Of a stretch of DNA of 64,000 nt, positions 1-13,155 are shown one piece after another. A program made the translations under genes and the position numbers. The notes beneath the pieces were generated by a model, which saw only the letters and a list, made by a program, of their open reading frames with translations, was not told the DNA's origin and did not search any database. How positions within the stretch are numbered: position 1 is the first letter of the stretch; each line of letters opens with the position of its first letter. The DNA is from Heteronotia binoei (Eukaryota), in the NCBI RefSeq assembly GCF_032191835.1, contig NC_083224.1, positions 162,998,001-163,062,000 of the forward strand. Reading direction: 5' to 3'.

Positions 1-230
1 GGAACCAGCTTAAAAAAGCCTCCACTGGGACACCTCTGAGGTGCCTCCCTAGCCATCTGAATGGCCAGGAAGCACCCGTAAAGTGCCTGGGGAGCACTCT
101 GGATGCCCCCTGGGGTGCCTGCACGCTGTCCCTTCCATGGGCCATCAGGATGCTCCCAGGTGTTCATTTTCTGGGCGGCTCGCTTCTGGGTTGCCTTGAT
201 ACCGCCCAGAGCTGCCCATCTGTAAGCAGC
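1..230. mobile_element. Probable MITE remnant (GC-rich, truncated by the window edge)
   Basis: GC-rich island in AT-rich DNA ending ...ccatctgtaagcagcc. It shares GCCATCTGAATGGCC with the segment near 1670-1685. The family is not assignable. Confidence 0.35.
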
Positions 231-1701
231 CATTGGGGGCATCCTTTCATACTGGTGGCAGGCATATCCACCTTTGGGTAAAATGAATCCTGCTCACTGT
301 AGAACCAAAGCTGAATGAGATTCTGAAGTTGTTTCCATTTCAAACTTCTGAATCACAAAACATCTTTTTTTTCAGAATGTGAGAATATACTGTAAACTTC
401 TAAATTGCATATAGAAAAAAAATGTCATGTTGCAGTATTTTGAAGTTGCTTCAACGTTTTCAGTGAAGAACAGTCATTCATAACTTATGACCCTCTATGC
501 TGAACACAACTAGGTATATTTGACCACCCCCCTGTTACTCAATAAACCTCCCGGTTTGCTGTTTCTCAGGGACAGCAAAAATTTAGGGATTAACAAGTGT
601 TTGACGGACTACAATATACAGCTGGATGACTGGGTTCACTTTGGTGGAATACACAGTAAATGCCTCAACCAGGTTAAACTAACATCCAAAAAGAACCAGG
701 CCAAACCTATGTGGATAAGAATAACTGTGGTACAAAACTTCCTTTCTAGTGTTGTCAGATGCTGACAACTTCCCCCCGAAAAATTTTGCTTGGACTGAAT
801 CCAAAAAAGATCACTTTTCATTGTAGTTGGAACAAATTGAAGGTCTAGTCAGAAGATAAACTGGATTTTGATTAACGGACTAATCTGGTCAACAAATTAA
901 ACAAGAAAGCCAGTTGCCAGGACTGGATTGGATTGGCAACTCTAACAGGGAGTCAGTTTCATTTCAACATAAGATCTCCCACATAATCTGAATTTTCTGA
1001 TTTTCTGCTAATCCAAACAAAAGTTCCCCTTGCCTTTAAAAAGGATTTTTTACCAAAGAAATTAATCATCTTCCCAGAAATCTGCAGGATGCTATTTTTC
1101 TGTTGATTGAGACAGAATTTTAATACCAATTGTTCACAAGGAGATTTGTTTCTCATACTTTAGCATTCCATAAGCAATGTTTACTTTGTACTCAGCATGG
1201 GACAAGATTGTTAGAAAATATCTCTTTTCTCACTTGGATTTAAATCCCATGCTTTTAAAATGTGGTTTGAAAAATAACTGCTTCTGGACCTTTTGACAGC
1301 TGACAAAAGATACTAGGGCTACAATTTTATGCACACTTACTTGAGAGCAAACCTCACTGAAATATCCACCAAAGTCCAGTGGATTGGAGATAACTATCAG
1401 ATGATTTCTCAATGTGATCTCTTTAATTCCTATTCTATAGAGCCAGATTCAAGTTTTAAAAATAATAAAACAACTTGAATCTGACTTTCTCACACCCTCA
1501 ACATCTACCAGGCTGAATTCAGACGGCCTAATTGGGCCAACATAGGAACTCCCCACAGCGCATTCAAAAATGCACATCTGGGTCCTACCTCGCTTCCACC
1601 CTTTTGTCATCCTCTGGTGCCTCTCTGCCACCTTAAAAATCTCCATAGTGCTTCCCTGTCACCTTTCTTGGCCATCTGAATGGCCGGGGAGACCGTGTCT
1701 G

Positions 1702-2236
1702 TGTCATGAGCCCTGATGAAGAGGAGCTGGAAGGGTTAACAGACCTGGAAGAGTTGCCAGCCAGTTCCTCAGCTGAACAAACAGCAGCTGGCCCATCAAT
1801 CACTCTCCAGGCACCAGTGTCAGCTGTTGACGATCAATCTCCTCCAAGCTCTCCTCCTCCCATCTCAAGAGTTTGAAGCAGGCTCTGGAAAGAACTTTCA
1901 GAGCGAAGATATGAGGCACGCCAATGCTTCAGATCTCTCAGCCCTGAGTTCTAGCAGAGTCACTGCAACCCAGGCACTGCCACCCAGACTCCCCTATAGC
2001 TCTCACCCAGCTAACCTTGTGGCAGCAGCAAGTCTATTTTCTGGCTTGTGTCCACACTCCTTCCTGATCCTGACCTGCTTGATTTCCTTGGCACCCTGAC
2101 CTTTTGGCTTTTGGACATTGATTTCTGATTCCGGTTTGTGATTCTGCATTGGTGACCTGGCTCCTGCTTGACTTCCTGGACTTTGACCTTGGACTGACTT
2201 TGGGCACCTGCCTGCCTGCACCCTGAGAATGTGACA
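1702..2236. mobile_element. Solo LTR (Gypsy-like), 535 bp
   Basis: Termini TGTCA...TGACA (inverted) with perfect 5-bp TSD GTCTG at 1697-1701 and 2237-2241. Confidence 0.85.
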
Positions 2237-2897
2237 GTCTGCTTGTCCCTTTGAAGTCCCAGCAATCTTTCTAAAAAGACCCTAGCCATTTTTGTTGTGG
2301 AGCTATGGTTTTTGTGTGATATCTTCTCAATGAAATGGATTAAACACTTTTAAAATATAAAACAGAAGCTGGGATTTCAAATGAACTAGTATATCAGGGC
2401 AATAGAGCATTATACCACTGTAGCTATCTAGCAATTACTGATTTTTACAAAGTGTGGAGAAAATCCTCCAGTGGTGGGGAGTGGAATGGTGGCTGTGGGA
2501 TCTGAGGGAAGGGAACTGTGGGCAAAACTGCCATGTGGATGCTCCATTTGCAGCAGCAATAAGAGGTACAGGGTAACTCATTACTGTGTGGAAACAGCCA
2601 TAAAATGCTTTGAAATCTAATAAATACACACCGGTCAAACTAGAAAGTGCACTCACCTGCATGTAGGCTGGGGACACATCCTTGGGTGGACTGGAAGCTG
2701 AGCACATTCAGTTCCTTTCCCAGATCAAGTTGCCACCGCCATGTATGTTAAGCCCTCTTAGAAAACCAGCTGTTCAGAGGGACTGAATTTAATCCCCATA
2801 AACTCCCCTCTCCCTGCTGATTGCTTTACGATAGCTGGATTAGCAATTGGATTGGGACTACTATCACCAGTAAAAATACATATATAAGCCTACTTAT

Positions 2898-2947
2898 ATC
2901 CAGGCAGCCCCAAGGATTCCAAATCCAGGCAGCCCCAAGGATTCCAA
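2898..2947. repeat. Perfect 25-bp tandem duplication
   Basis: ATCCAGGCAGCCCCAAGGATTCCAA x2. Confidence 0.95.
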
Positions 2948-4266
2948 ATGCTTGATCTCAAAAGACTTGTGAAATTGCCAAGTCTCACTGAAATGGATGA
3001 TGCTCCACTTCCATGGAACATTTGGAGGCTTGATTGCTCAAGAGTATTTTCAGATTTCCCTGTTGCTGCCTTAGTGCTGTTTCTTCTCATGTTTGTTTGC
3101 CTCTCTTTCCTCTATTGAAAAAAATTGCCACTTTGATGAAAAGTGAGAGTGAGCCAGTGATTCAGAAAAGCAACCAGTGAGCTAAAGAGTTTTTTATATT
3201 GCAAGACTCATTATATGAGGCCTGTCATACTTCCATTTCAGGGATCACTGGTGCCACTCAAGCTATGCAACATGCTTTCTTTAGTCCAAGATGCACTTCA
3301 TAGAGCATATATCCTATGCCGGTTTTTGCCTCGTTCATCCATTAAAAAATCTTGCTCCTATAACCAAGTCATTTTAAATAGCCTCTATATTTGTGATACT
3401 TTTGAGTTCAAAAGTCATGCTGAGCTATCCAATGTGAATTGCTCACACAGCACAGGGAGAGTAACAACAAGTGCAATAACGTTCAAAATACAGTAATTCG
3501 ACTCCGCGCACAGCAATCTTCAATTGCTAGCCAGTTGCTGAAGTTGCTACAAAGGCAATTGTCGTCCATTTTAAACAATATTATTCACAGTTCAGGAAAG
3601 AGGATTTGTAGGAGGCGAGAAACCTGCCTCAATTTTCTATGATCCCTTCCACTTACACAAGCACCTGGTAACCTTTTATTTCTGGTTTTGTAGGAAGAGC
3701 ATAATGAATGGGAGGGGGACTTGGCTAGGGGGGGGGCAGTCTCCACTAGTGTCAACAAGAATATCAACATAAGCTATAGGCTCTCCTGCGAAAGATTTAC
3801 CATTTCAAGAATGTGTAGCAGAAAATATCTTTAAAAGCATCCCTGCTGTTTCATTGGAACTGTTGATGGTAGAGTTTTCCTGTTGCCCCCAGCTCTGTAA
3901 GACTGTCCTGAATATTGTCATCTAGGCAAATACTAGCTTCCACTGAGAGAAGGTACTGATCCATGGTGCTTGCAGGGATCCAACAGCTCCTGAAAGCATA
4001 GGGAGGGAAGCACAATTGGCTGCAGAGGGGACGATGGAAATTCAATTTTCTTGAACACTGCTCTGCTTCCGCTGATGGTGGCTAAGTTAGGGGAAGGTCT
4101 ATTAGAAGCATTAGTGCTTCTATATTGTTTTGATGGTCACTGTAATCTTGGAATTTTGAGTTTTAATAATGAAGTAAAGTACCTAAGTCTCCAATGCCAC
4201 AGAATCTTACTTAAGATGATTTGTACTGACTCCTATTTTCTGTCCCTCAATAAAATCCACCCCCCC

Positions 4267-4285
4267 CACACACACACACACACAC
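4267..4285. repeat. (CA)n microsatellite
   Basis: Direct reading of the sequence. Confidence 0.9.
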
Positions 4286-6234
4286 TATTTGGTCTTGGGA
4301 AGAGTGGGTTTGACTCACATGCAGCCATTAGTTATTTGTTATTTGGTGCACCATATTGAGAGAGAGCCAGAGGATACTGGGATCTTCATGTAAAAAAAAC
4401 AGGATAGAGGAAAGTCAAGTCAAGTAAAAAGTAAAAAGTAAATTCTAAGCTTTGGTGGTGGCAGCAGCATTTATCACCCTGGATCCAAGGGGGTGGTTGT
4501 GAGGGGATGTTAAAGAATGCTGGTGTTGCTCCCTCCCCTCAACCATGACAAGCCTTCTGAGAAACAGTAATGTATATCAGGCTATACCCTCAAGAGTGCA
4601 TTGTTACAGCATTGCAATCAGAAGCACAGAAGAATAAGCTCATTATCTGAGCACATACTTATCCCCCTCCACAATTCCTTATGATGAGAGGAAGCACTTT
4701 GCCTCTGATCCTTATTGATTCCTTCCACATCTCATTGACTTTTTTTTTTTTTAGCTCCAGTATGCTCAAAGACCTTGAAAGTTTATAGAATCATCAATTT
4801 ATAGGATGCATTTGCACATGGGGCAGCATGCCTCATGGCCAAGTGCCGGGCATAATTCCATCTCTCAGAAAATTCTAAACAGTCAGGGGGCTAGGTTAGG
4901 CTATTTTTCCCTCCCTCACCTTTCTATGACACCCTGGAGGCCAACAAGCATGCTAAGTCCATGCCAGGCTATGGTTAAGTGATTATATTCCAAACCAGAA
5001 TTTTCTCTGCTTATTTCTCTCTTGCAAGTAGGAACTCATTGCCCGGTCGGTGGGTGGCCCCATTTCACTGCCTTAATGAAAGTTGTGGGACTCCCTCAGC
5101 AGTGAGCATCTGGCAAGACTAAGGAGCAAGATTCCTTCCTTGATAGATGGCAGCAGGCCCAAGCTTTGGCATCTCCCTTTCCAGATATTAAACACTGCTC
5201 CCAGTTGCTTTCACAATATTCTGAGGAAGTGGTACACCAGGAAGTAATGCACCTTTGCCATTTCTTTACCCCATGGTGATACTTGGTACCTGATACTTTC
5301 TCCAGTACAGTACCTGTGCAGGGTGCATAGAGGCTGGATGCTTTATGTTGCATGTTTGTGCATAGTTGTGGTGGGGCTTTGTGAGCAAAAAGAAGATGAC
5401 AGTGTAGTAATTCCATCCATATGATGAATGCTCATATATGAAATGGTGGATGGCCTGTAGATATATTGTGGTTGATAAATGTATGCTGTATATCACTGCT
5501 AGCTATGTGAAAGATTTAAGAGTGCTACAAGGATAAATATTTTTGAGGGGGTTTGTATTACAAATGTTCAGCTTTGTGCTATACTGACACACAAATTACT
5601 TACTTGCCCTTTAATTGTCTTTTAAGCCCAATACACATCATGTTCCTTCATTCTGTACCTATGCTGTTCAATACTGAATGTGGGGATAGTTTCTGCTCAG
5701 TGCCTGGATTCCTTTAGCCATTTATTTATCTGTTTTCAGGAAGATGCTATCAGCAGTTTTATAGCTCCATAATTTAAAAAGTGGAACCAAGGCAATCTTG
5801 AGAAAATGCATATTTCACCATTTTGAGCCACAGGAGGGCTGCCCCAAGCTTTGTGGCAAATATGTAACTTTCAAATGTTTGTATTTAATCAATTAGAGGG
5901 CCTAATGCACTTAGTTTTGCTTCCAAGACTACACAGATGTACTAATAATTTCATTACCTGGAATTACAGTGATGTCTGTCTATGCAGAATTATTATCTGT
6001 ACTATAATGACATTTACAATGGAAGGCAAAGAAAAAGCATTGGTCCACACTCATCTCAGATGTCACAGCAAAAACTACTTTTGTACAAAACAAACCAGAC
6101 GCCTAATTGTTGAACTAAATACAAAAAAAAAAAATTCTAGTTATTAAGTTTTCCAGCTGGTTTTCTCCTTCCAAGACACATCTTGACATTGCAAGAGAGA
6201 GGCAGTTGCCACTACTCTGCTTCTGTAGAGCTGC

Positions 6235-6724
6235 AGGTGGGGGCAGGGGATCCCCCGGTTTGGAGGCTCTCCCCCCACTTCAGGGTCATCAGAAAGTGGG
6301 GGGAGGCAAGGGAAATGTCTGCTGGGAACTCTGTTATTCCCTATGGAGATTTACTCCCATAGAAAATAATGGAGAATTGATCCGCAGGTATCTGGGGCTC
6401 TGGGGGGCTGTTTTTTGAGGTAGAAGCACCAAATTTTCCGTACAGCATCTAGTTCCTCTCCCCAAAATATCCTTCAAGTTTCAAAATGATTGGACCAGGG
6501 GGTCCAATTCTATGAGCCCCAAAAGAAGATGTCCCTATCCTTCATTATTTCCTATGGAAGGAAGGCATTGAAAAGGTGTGCCGTCCCTTTAAATGTGATG
6601 ACCAGAACTCCTTTTGGAGTTCAATTATGCTTGTCACAGCCTTGATCTTGGCTCCACCCCTAATGTCTCCTGGCTCCACCCCCAAAGTCTCCAGATATTT
6701 CTTAAATTGGACTTGGCAACCCTA
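6235..6724 (-). mobile_element. hAT (Blackjack-like) MITE, long family
   Basis: Ends TTGGCAACCCTA. Colinear with the copies at 7160, 30923, 32523 and 34657. One terminus is degraded. Confidence 0.8.
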
Positions 6725-7159
6725 TGCTTCTGGCATGGCATAATTATGCTGTGCACTGCTCCACCCTTAAACATGTAATTGGCTATTGGGCAAGGCAGGG
6801 CAGTGACCATTATCATGAGGCTAGGGTATGGGGGGAAAATGATGAAGAAGTAGTTCCATTTTTTTCATACAACATAGGAATTCTGACTGGTTGTTTGAAA
6901 AGTAGGTTAGCAGGGGAAACCTCTATAAACTGCATCTGGTTCATCAACTCTCTTATTACCTACAGCCAGGTAATCTGGCCATGCTGATCCCTGCTTCTGT
7001 AACCTCATGGTTGGACTGGTGCGACATACTCTATTTGGGGCTGCCCTTGAAGACAACCCAGAAACTACAGCCAATCCAACTTGCTGCAGCTCAACTATTG
7101 TCAAAGACTAGCCACCCAGCACATGTATTTGCTGAAACAGCTACATTGGCTGCCAGCAG

Positions 7160-7847
7160 TAGGATTGCCAAGTCCAAATCAAGAAATATCTGGGGACTTT
7201 GGGGGTGGAGCCAGGAGACATTGGAGGCAGAGCCAGGAACAAGGGTGTGACAAGCATAATTGAACTCCAAGAGAGTTCTGGCCATCACATTTAAAGAGAC
7301 AGCAGACCTTTTTAAATTTCTTCCTTCCATAAGAAATAACGAAGGATAGGGGCACCTTCTTTTGGGGCTCATAGAATTGGACCCCCTGGTCCAATCGTTT
7401 TGAAACTTGGGGAGTACTTTGGGGAGAGACACTAGATACTATACTGAAAATTTGGTACCTTTACCTAAAAAAAAAGCTCCCCCAGAGTCCCCGAAACCTC
7501 CAGATCAATTCCCCATTATACCCTATGAGAATCCATCTCCACATAGGGAATAATGAAGTGCTCAGCAGACATTTCCCTCCCCTTTCCCTCCCCCCACCCC
7601 ATTTCTGGTGACTCTGAAGCGAGGGATTGGCCTCTCTACTCACGAGTTGCTGCCAACTTCTTCACAGCAACACAGACACACCATCCCAAGAGGAAGCCTT
7701 TCAATCAGAGACTAAAGCCTCCGGAGGTGCAAAGGCACATGGTCCTCTGGGGATGGGGCTTCCCCCTGCCGGTCAGCTGACTGGGGGTGGGAAGGAGTCT
7801 GGGAAAGCGGAAGAACCCCCGCTGGGACCTGGGGATTGGCAAGCCTA
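7160..7847 (+). mobile_element. hAT (Blackjack-like) MITE, long family with extra module of about 230 bp
   Basis: TIRs TAGGATTGCCA / TGGCAAGCCTA. Perfect 8-bp TSD GCCAGCAG at 7152-7159 and 7848-7855. Confidence 0.9.
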
Positions 7848-7852
7848 GCCAG

Positions 7853-8043
7853 CAGTGTTCCCTCTAAGCTTAGTGTGAGCTAGCTCACAAATTTTTAGCC
7901 TCCAGCTCACACGTTTTTGTTTTAGCTCAGGAGGGATAACCCCAGAGCACAGTAATTTATGCAGTAGCTCACAACTTTTAATGCCAGTAGCTCACAAAGT
8001 AGAATTTTTGTTCACAAGACTCTACAGCTTAAAGGAAACATTG
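7853..8043 (+). mobile_element. hAT MITE, CAGTGTTCCCTCTAAG family
   Basis: TIR CAGTGTTCCCTCTAAG / CTTAAAGGAAACATTG. TSD GCTGCCAG at 7149-7156 and 8044-8051; its first 3 nt also sit at 7157-7159. Confidence 0.85.
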
Positions 8044-8080
8044 GCTGCCAGTCTGTTTTTAAGTTCAATTCAAGGTGCTG

Positions 8081-8612
8081 CACACAGTATTCCAAATGAG
8101 GCTGCACCACAGAACTGTACAGGGGCATTATAATATTGGTGATTTCATTTTCAATCCCTCTCCTAATAATCCCTAACGTAGGGTTTGCCTTTTTTCACTG
8201 CTGCAGCACACTGGGTTGACACTTCCATTGAGCTATCTACTATGACCCCAAGGTCTTTTTCAATCTCAGCAAGTTCAAACCTCATTATCCTATACTTGAA
8301 TTTGGGATTTTTGTCCCAGCATGCATCACCGTATATTTACCAACACTTACCATCATCTGCCACTTTGTTGCCCTCTAACCCAATTTGTAGAGATCCTCCT
8401 CAAGCTCTTCACAGTCATCCTTGGTTTTCACCATCCTGAATAATTTTGTGTTGTTTGCAAACTTGACCACTACATTGCTCACCCCTATAGTTCCAAATCA
8501 TTTTGGAACAAATTAAATAGCACAGGTCCCAATACAAATCTTTGTGGGACCCCACTGCTTACCAACCTCTATTGTGAGACTGTCCATTTATACCTGCACT
8601 TTGTTTCCTGTC
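8081..8612 (-). mobile_element. CR1 LINE reverse-transcriptase fragment (decayed)
   Basis: Minus strand reads K-F-A-N-N-T-K-L (decayed FADDTKL) near 8437-8463. The flanks read like CR1 ORF2 (GVPQ.SVLGP-like upstream, LGVIVD..L.MS.QCA downstream). Confidence 0.8.
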
Positions 8613-8698
8613 ATATGACTAAATGTTACTTGAAAATTTCTTGCATTTGCAGTATTACTTCTAAGCAGAGGTGCTGTCATCTTCAACATGATTTAAAG

Positions 8699-9000
8699 CA
8701 CAGGTGGCCAAACTGGCTCAGGAGCCATGTGTGGCTCTTTCACAAATATTGCATGGCTCTTGAAGCCCCCACTGCCCCATCGGCTGGCAAGAAGGTATTT
8801 CTCTCTTTAAACCACCTCTCTAAGCCAGATAGTTGCTTGCAGAGTGCATTTAAAGTGGCTTTCTTTCCACCTCTCCCTCCCTCCCCCTATTTGCCTTCCT
8901 TCCTTGCAGCTCTCAAACACCAGGCGTTCATGTCTTCTGGCTCTCAAACACCTGATGTTTATTCTGTGTGGCTCTTACATTAAGCAAGTTTGGCCACCTG
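8699..9000. mobile_element. hAT-Charlie-like MITE
   Basis: Perfect 14-bp inverted termini CAGGTGGCCAAACT / AGTTTGGCCACCTG. Near-TSD ATTTAAAG / TTTTAAAG with the TA centre typical of Charlie. Confidence 0.8.
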
Positions 9001-11537
9001 TTTTAAAGGAATACATTAATGATAAGTGACTGTAAACCCCATGGAACCGAATTCACCCCCCTGGAGCTCCCCATCTGAACCATTAAGGTTTCTGAGCGGA
9101 GTTTGCCACAGAGGTCAATGGAAGATGAAGCTCATTAAATTCACAAAGAAAAACCCATACAGAATAAAAATAATCACCAAAAGATATTAATACCAACACT
9201 TCTAACATCATTTCCAAAACAGGACAAAGAGTGAGTTTTAGGGAATCAAGGCATAGCCAGACTTGCAGGATTCAGGAAGACTAGTTTTACTAGAGAGTTC
9301 CTGAAGCCTTTGGATTGTCCAAAACCAAATCACTTACCAACTGAGATGAATTCATGGTAGCCATTCAAAGGACACATGTCAGACAGGCAGTTGCGCTGCA
9401 AGCTACCAAAACAAGACCTAAATTTGACCATTGCCCAAGCAAAGAACCAAGCTTTATCTGGAAGCATTTCTAGCTAGCACTGGTCAGAGAACATTATGGT
9501 CTTCTGCTCTATATCTTCAAAAGCTCTTCACCAAAATTCTGGCTCCTACTTCAATAACTGGCTGATCCTAACATAAAGCTGTGTTACATTTATAGCTGTA
9601 ATTCAGCTCTAGCTTGAAAAGGCAATTTGAGACAAACCATCATTTTCTCAAAATAAGTTTCTTTTCCTGGCGCTGGAGAGATAATTAGTGTTTCTTCCGC
9701 AAACACAATTGGGTTATGTTTTATTGTGCCATATAAAATTAACTTGATTACAATACCCTGCAAATGTGTTTAAGACCTTTTTCCTTATATATTTTCTGCA
9801 ATTATCTAGCTGACCCTAGAGTTACCAGAAAACTCAATTTCCTTTGGAAATTGGAATATTAAAAGGAAAAACAACCTATTCTATGAAAAGAAATTGCTTA
9901 CCATTTTATTTTTATTCACACAACTGCATTCGTTTCTCATGATTGATACAGTTCTTAACCAATTTGTAGTACTGGGTTAATTAAACTATGAGTTATTAAT
10001 GTGGGGAAAAAAGATGAGAAGCAAACAGAAATTATTAAGGAAAAACAAATACTTCTCAGGTAAATTCCTCATCAAGCCAAAGTTATCACACATTGGAACT
10101 TTGGATTCATTCTGGATTTCATCAATTTTATTAAGCATCACATCCAATAGGGGGAAAAATTGACTGATGCTCCATGTCTTATCCTATTGAAATAAACATT
10201 ATATTTGCAGAAAGACATTGGCTAACAATATTTCATTACAGTGACAAACAAAATATCACACTTAGATGCAAGCAGGAATGACAGCTTGCAAATTTGGGAG
10301 CTAGCCAATTAGGAGGCTTCATAGAACAAGAGAAAGACAGCTGCGAGCAGAGTAAAGGGAACAGAAATGAAGTCCCCTGAGTCAAAATGCAGGTAGTCAT
10401 TATGGAAACCAAACACTTTTAAAGCTAGATTTCAAAACACATCTTCTTCAGCATAACGGCGGTATTAAAAGGCTGCTGAGAGGTATACAGATCATCCAAT
10501 ACAAGGGAGACCATCTAACAAAGATGCTTCTGAGTTTTTAGAATGATTGGGAAATTGATACCAATGATTGCCTGCCGTCTTTTAGAGGGAAAATATCTTC
10601 GAATTGCCTTACCTCCTTAACTTAGAAAAAAGAAAGGAAGATCATGCTTCTAAAATCTGTAAGTAGAGCTGCAAACAAAATGATTGAGAATCTAAGTTTT
10701 TATACTGCCAACATCTTTTCTTTTTTTAAGGAAGGAAACAAGATGGAATGCAAGTGATAAAAACATTATATGCAATATAAAAGCAATAAGTGTGTAAGGC
10801 AAAAAAACACAAAAACCTGAAGGAGCACATTTGCTGACATTCTTGTCAACTTCCTTGAACTGCTTGGAGATATGAGAGAGGATACCTCTGACACTGTGAG
10901 AAAGAGCACCACAGCATTTCAGTAGATGCAATGATTTATTGAGATTTCATAACAGTAAACTTTAAATTAGAAGCTTGATCCACTAGAAGAGCCACCGAAA
11001 TGTCACTTAAAATGTGAAGCAAATTCAGGGACTTCTCCTAGGAAAAACATCCAAGAAACTCTGACAGAAAAATTAAGAGAGTTTGAATGAGACCAGTGAA
11101 AAGGATCAGTAGTGTTCTCACAACCACTGGGTTATCACTGAATTTTTCCTACAGCAAAAATTCAAAGCAAATCTAGAGTTTCTTCCTCAGGCAAAACATC
11201 TAAGGAATTCTGAGGCAATTCAGAGGACTTTTGACAAGAAGAGCAAAATCTGAGGGTGGAGATTTCTCTCATCATTAGGTTGTCATGAGATTTCACCTAA
11301 AGGAAAACCAATAGTTAATTGTGAATTTCCTCCACAGATGAACATCCTGTGAGAAGCATAGTAGTCCTGATAAGACTAGGAAGAGCTCTTGAAGGAAAAA
11401 AACTCGTATACTCAGACCCACACAGCTGCCCACCTGGATCTACCATAATTTACACATGCTGAGGTGAACATAAGGTCCAATCCAATCACACCTTTATTGG
11501 CATAACAGTGAACATAAGGTTTAAAAAGTGCCTATTT

Positions 11538-11739
11538 TAGGGTTGCCAGATTCAGGCTGGGAGATTCCTGGAGATTTGGGGGCAGACCCTGGGGGCCACA
11601 GGGACCTTAGTGGGGTACAGTGCCACAGAGTCCACCCTACAAAGCATCCATTTTCTCTAGGGGAACTGATATTTGTAGTCTGGAGATTAGCTGTAATTCC
11701 TGGGAATCCACAGGCCCCACCTGGTGGCTGGTATCCCTA
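11538..11739 (+). mobile_element. hAT (Blackjack-like) MITE, short family of about 200 bp
   Basis: Starts TAGGGTTGCCAG and ends GGTATCCCTA. Homologous to 12490, 51829, 54347 and 56987. Confidence 0.75.
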
Positions 11740-12489
11740 GTTGGTTCATTAGATGGACCAAATTCCCAACTTCCATTTAAAAAAAGGAAATCTCTAAATC
11801 CTTTAGATATGGTAAAGATAGTTTTCTTCCTAAAGATAGTTTTCTTCTATAGACTTGTTTATCTATAGATATTTTCATATTTATGCTGGTGGCTGGCTCA
11901 AAAAAAAATAAAAATAAACAGTTAAAAAATGGAGTTTCAAGCTCAGCACTTTCTGTGTAAAATAAGTAAAAGTCTGAAGCATACTGATCCATAATCCCAG
12001 ATTTGTGGTATAACACATGAATCCATTTCTGTTATTACTAATTCACATATTGCCAGTTTGATATTTGTCTTTGGAGCCTGTGGAGACTGGAGAAAATCTG
12101 GCTTATCTAAAAGTCAAATAAAAATGACTGGTTTGTAATTATTTTCTTTCTGCACAGCCCAGTTTTAAACTCCCTCCCCCTTGCTTTGGTTAGAGCCCAG
12201 TAGCTCTCTGAATCCTCAAAAAAAAATCACTGAGATGGACACTAGCCTTTATTCACAGTAGTACTCCCTTTCTGAAAGTGTATATTTGTCGGAATGCATT
12301 TTAAAAATCAAGAAGTTTAAGACTGTGTTGGACAGGCTAGGTGCCACCTCTCCTAAGAGTGACCAATGAGAGCTGACAGAATGTTAGAGAGAGAGAGTGG
12401 AAGAGAACAATTGGGAGTCGGCAGCTAGGGAGTTGGGGGGAGGAGAGAATGTCTGACTAAGTGAAACTGTGGATAAGAGCTGCTTAGAC

Positions 12490-12670
12490 AGAAGGATGCC
12501 AGCCTCCAGGTGGGACCTGAAGATCCTCCGGAATCACAGCTCATCTCCAGACTACAGAGATCAGTTCTCCTGGAGAAAATGGATGCTTTGGACACCATTG
12601 AGATCTCAGTCCTCCCCAGGCTCCACCCCTAAATCTCCAAGAGTTTCCCAACCTGAATCTGGCCACCTTA
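12490..12670 (-). mobile_element. hAT (Blackjack-like) MITE, short family
   Basis: Reverse-complement homology to 11538-11739. Confidence 0.7.
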
Positions 12671-12918
12671 CCACCCACCCCACCTTGGTGGCCAAACAGG
12701 ACTTGGCAACCCCCTGGATGAAAACAGTCAATTTGTAATGAAGGGTTCCATTGGTGGACCACAGTTCAAAAGTTCATTGGAGGCAAAACATTGTAACTTC
12801 TACTTTACTTTCTTCAGCATTATGTTCAAACCATAAATAAAACTTATTGTTTTGTTTAACGCTATGGGCTGCATGTCTCAGAGATATGAACATACACACA
12901 CAAGTTAATATCTCAATC

Positions 12919-13035
12919 CAGGGCTTTTTTTTTTTTTTAGCAGGATTGCACAGGAACACAGTTTCAGCTGGCTTGGCATCAAGGGGTGTGGCCTAATATG
13001 CAAATGAGTTCCTGATGGCCTTTCTCTACCAAAAA
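12919..13035. mobile_element. hAT MITE, CAGGGCTTTTT family (partial)
   Basis: CAGGGCTTTTT...GGTGTGGCCTAATATGCAAATGAGTTCCTG, the same family as 56109-56290. Confidence 0.65.
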
Positions 13036-13059
13036 AGTACCCTCTCTCAGTCTATATAT

Positions 13060-13155
13060 TCAGGCGAGGTAGCCATGTTGGTCTGAAGCAGCAAAACAAA
13101 GTTTGAGTCCAGTCTTTGTTGGTCTTAAAAGTGCCACTGGATTTAAACTTTGTTC
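13060..13155. mobile_element. Penelope-like element terminal remnant
   Basis: GGTAGCCATGTTGGTCTG...GAGTCCAGT...TTGGTCTTAAAAGTGCCACTGGA, homologous to the ends of 39962 and 48808. Confidence 0.55.

Larger units (their letters stand above)
6981..8080 (+). mobile_element. Old L2 LINE ORF2 fragment, split by two nested MITEs (L2 sequence 6981-7156 and about 8044-8080)
   Basis: Translates as ..SWLDWCDILYLGLPLKTTQKLQPIQLAAAQLL.. and ..LKQLHWLP, matching the L2 motif SRLDYCNALY.GLP..HWLP. It resumes at 8052 with tctgtttttaagttcaattcaaggtgctg. Confidence 0.7.

Noticed and set aside
2657-2690. 34-nt minus-strand micro-exon (PPKDVSPAYMQ) with a CAG|GTGAGT donor
   Set aside because: The acceptor is weak, the peptide is unrecognised, and such signals are expected by chance in 64 kb.
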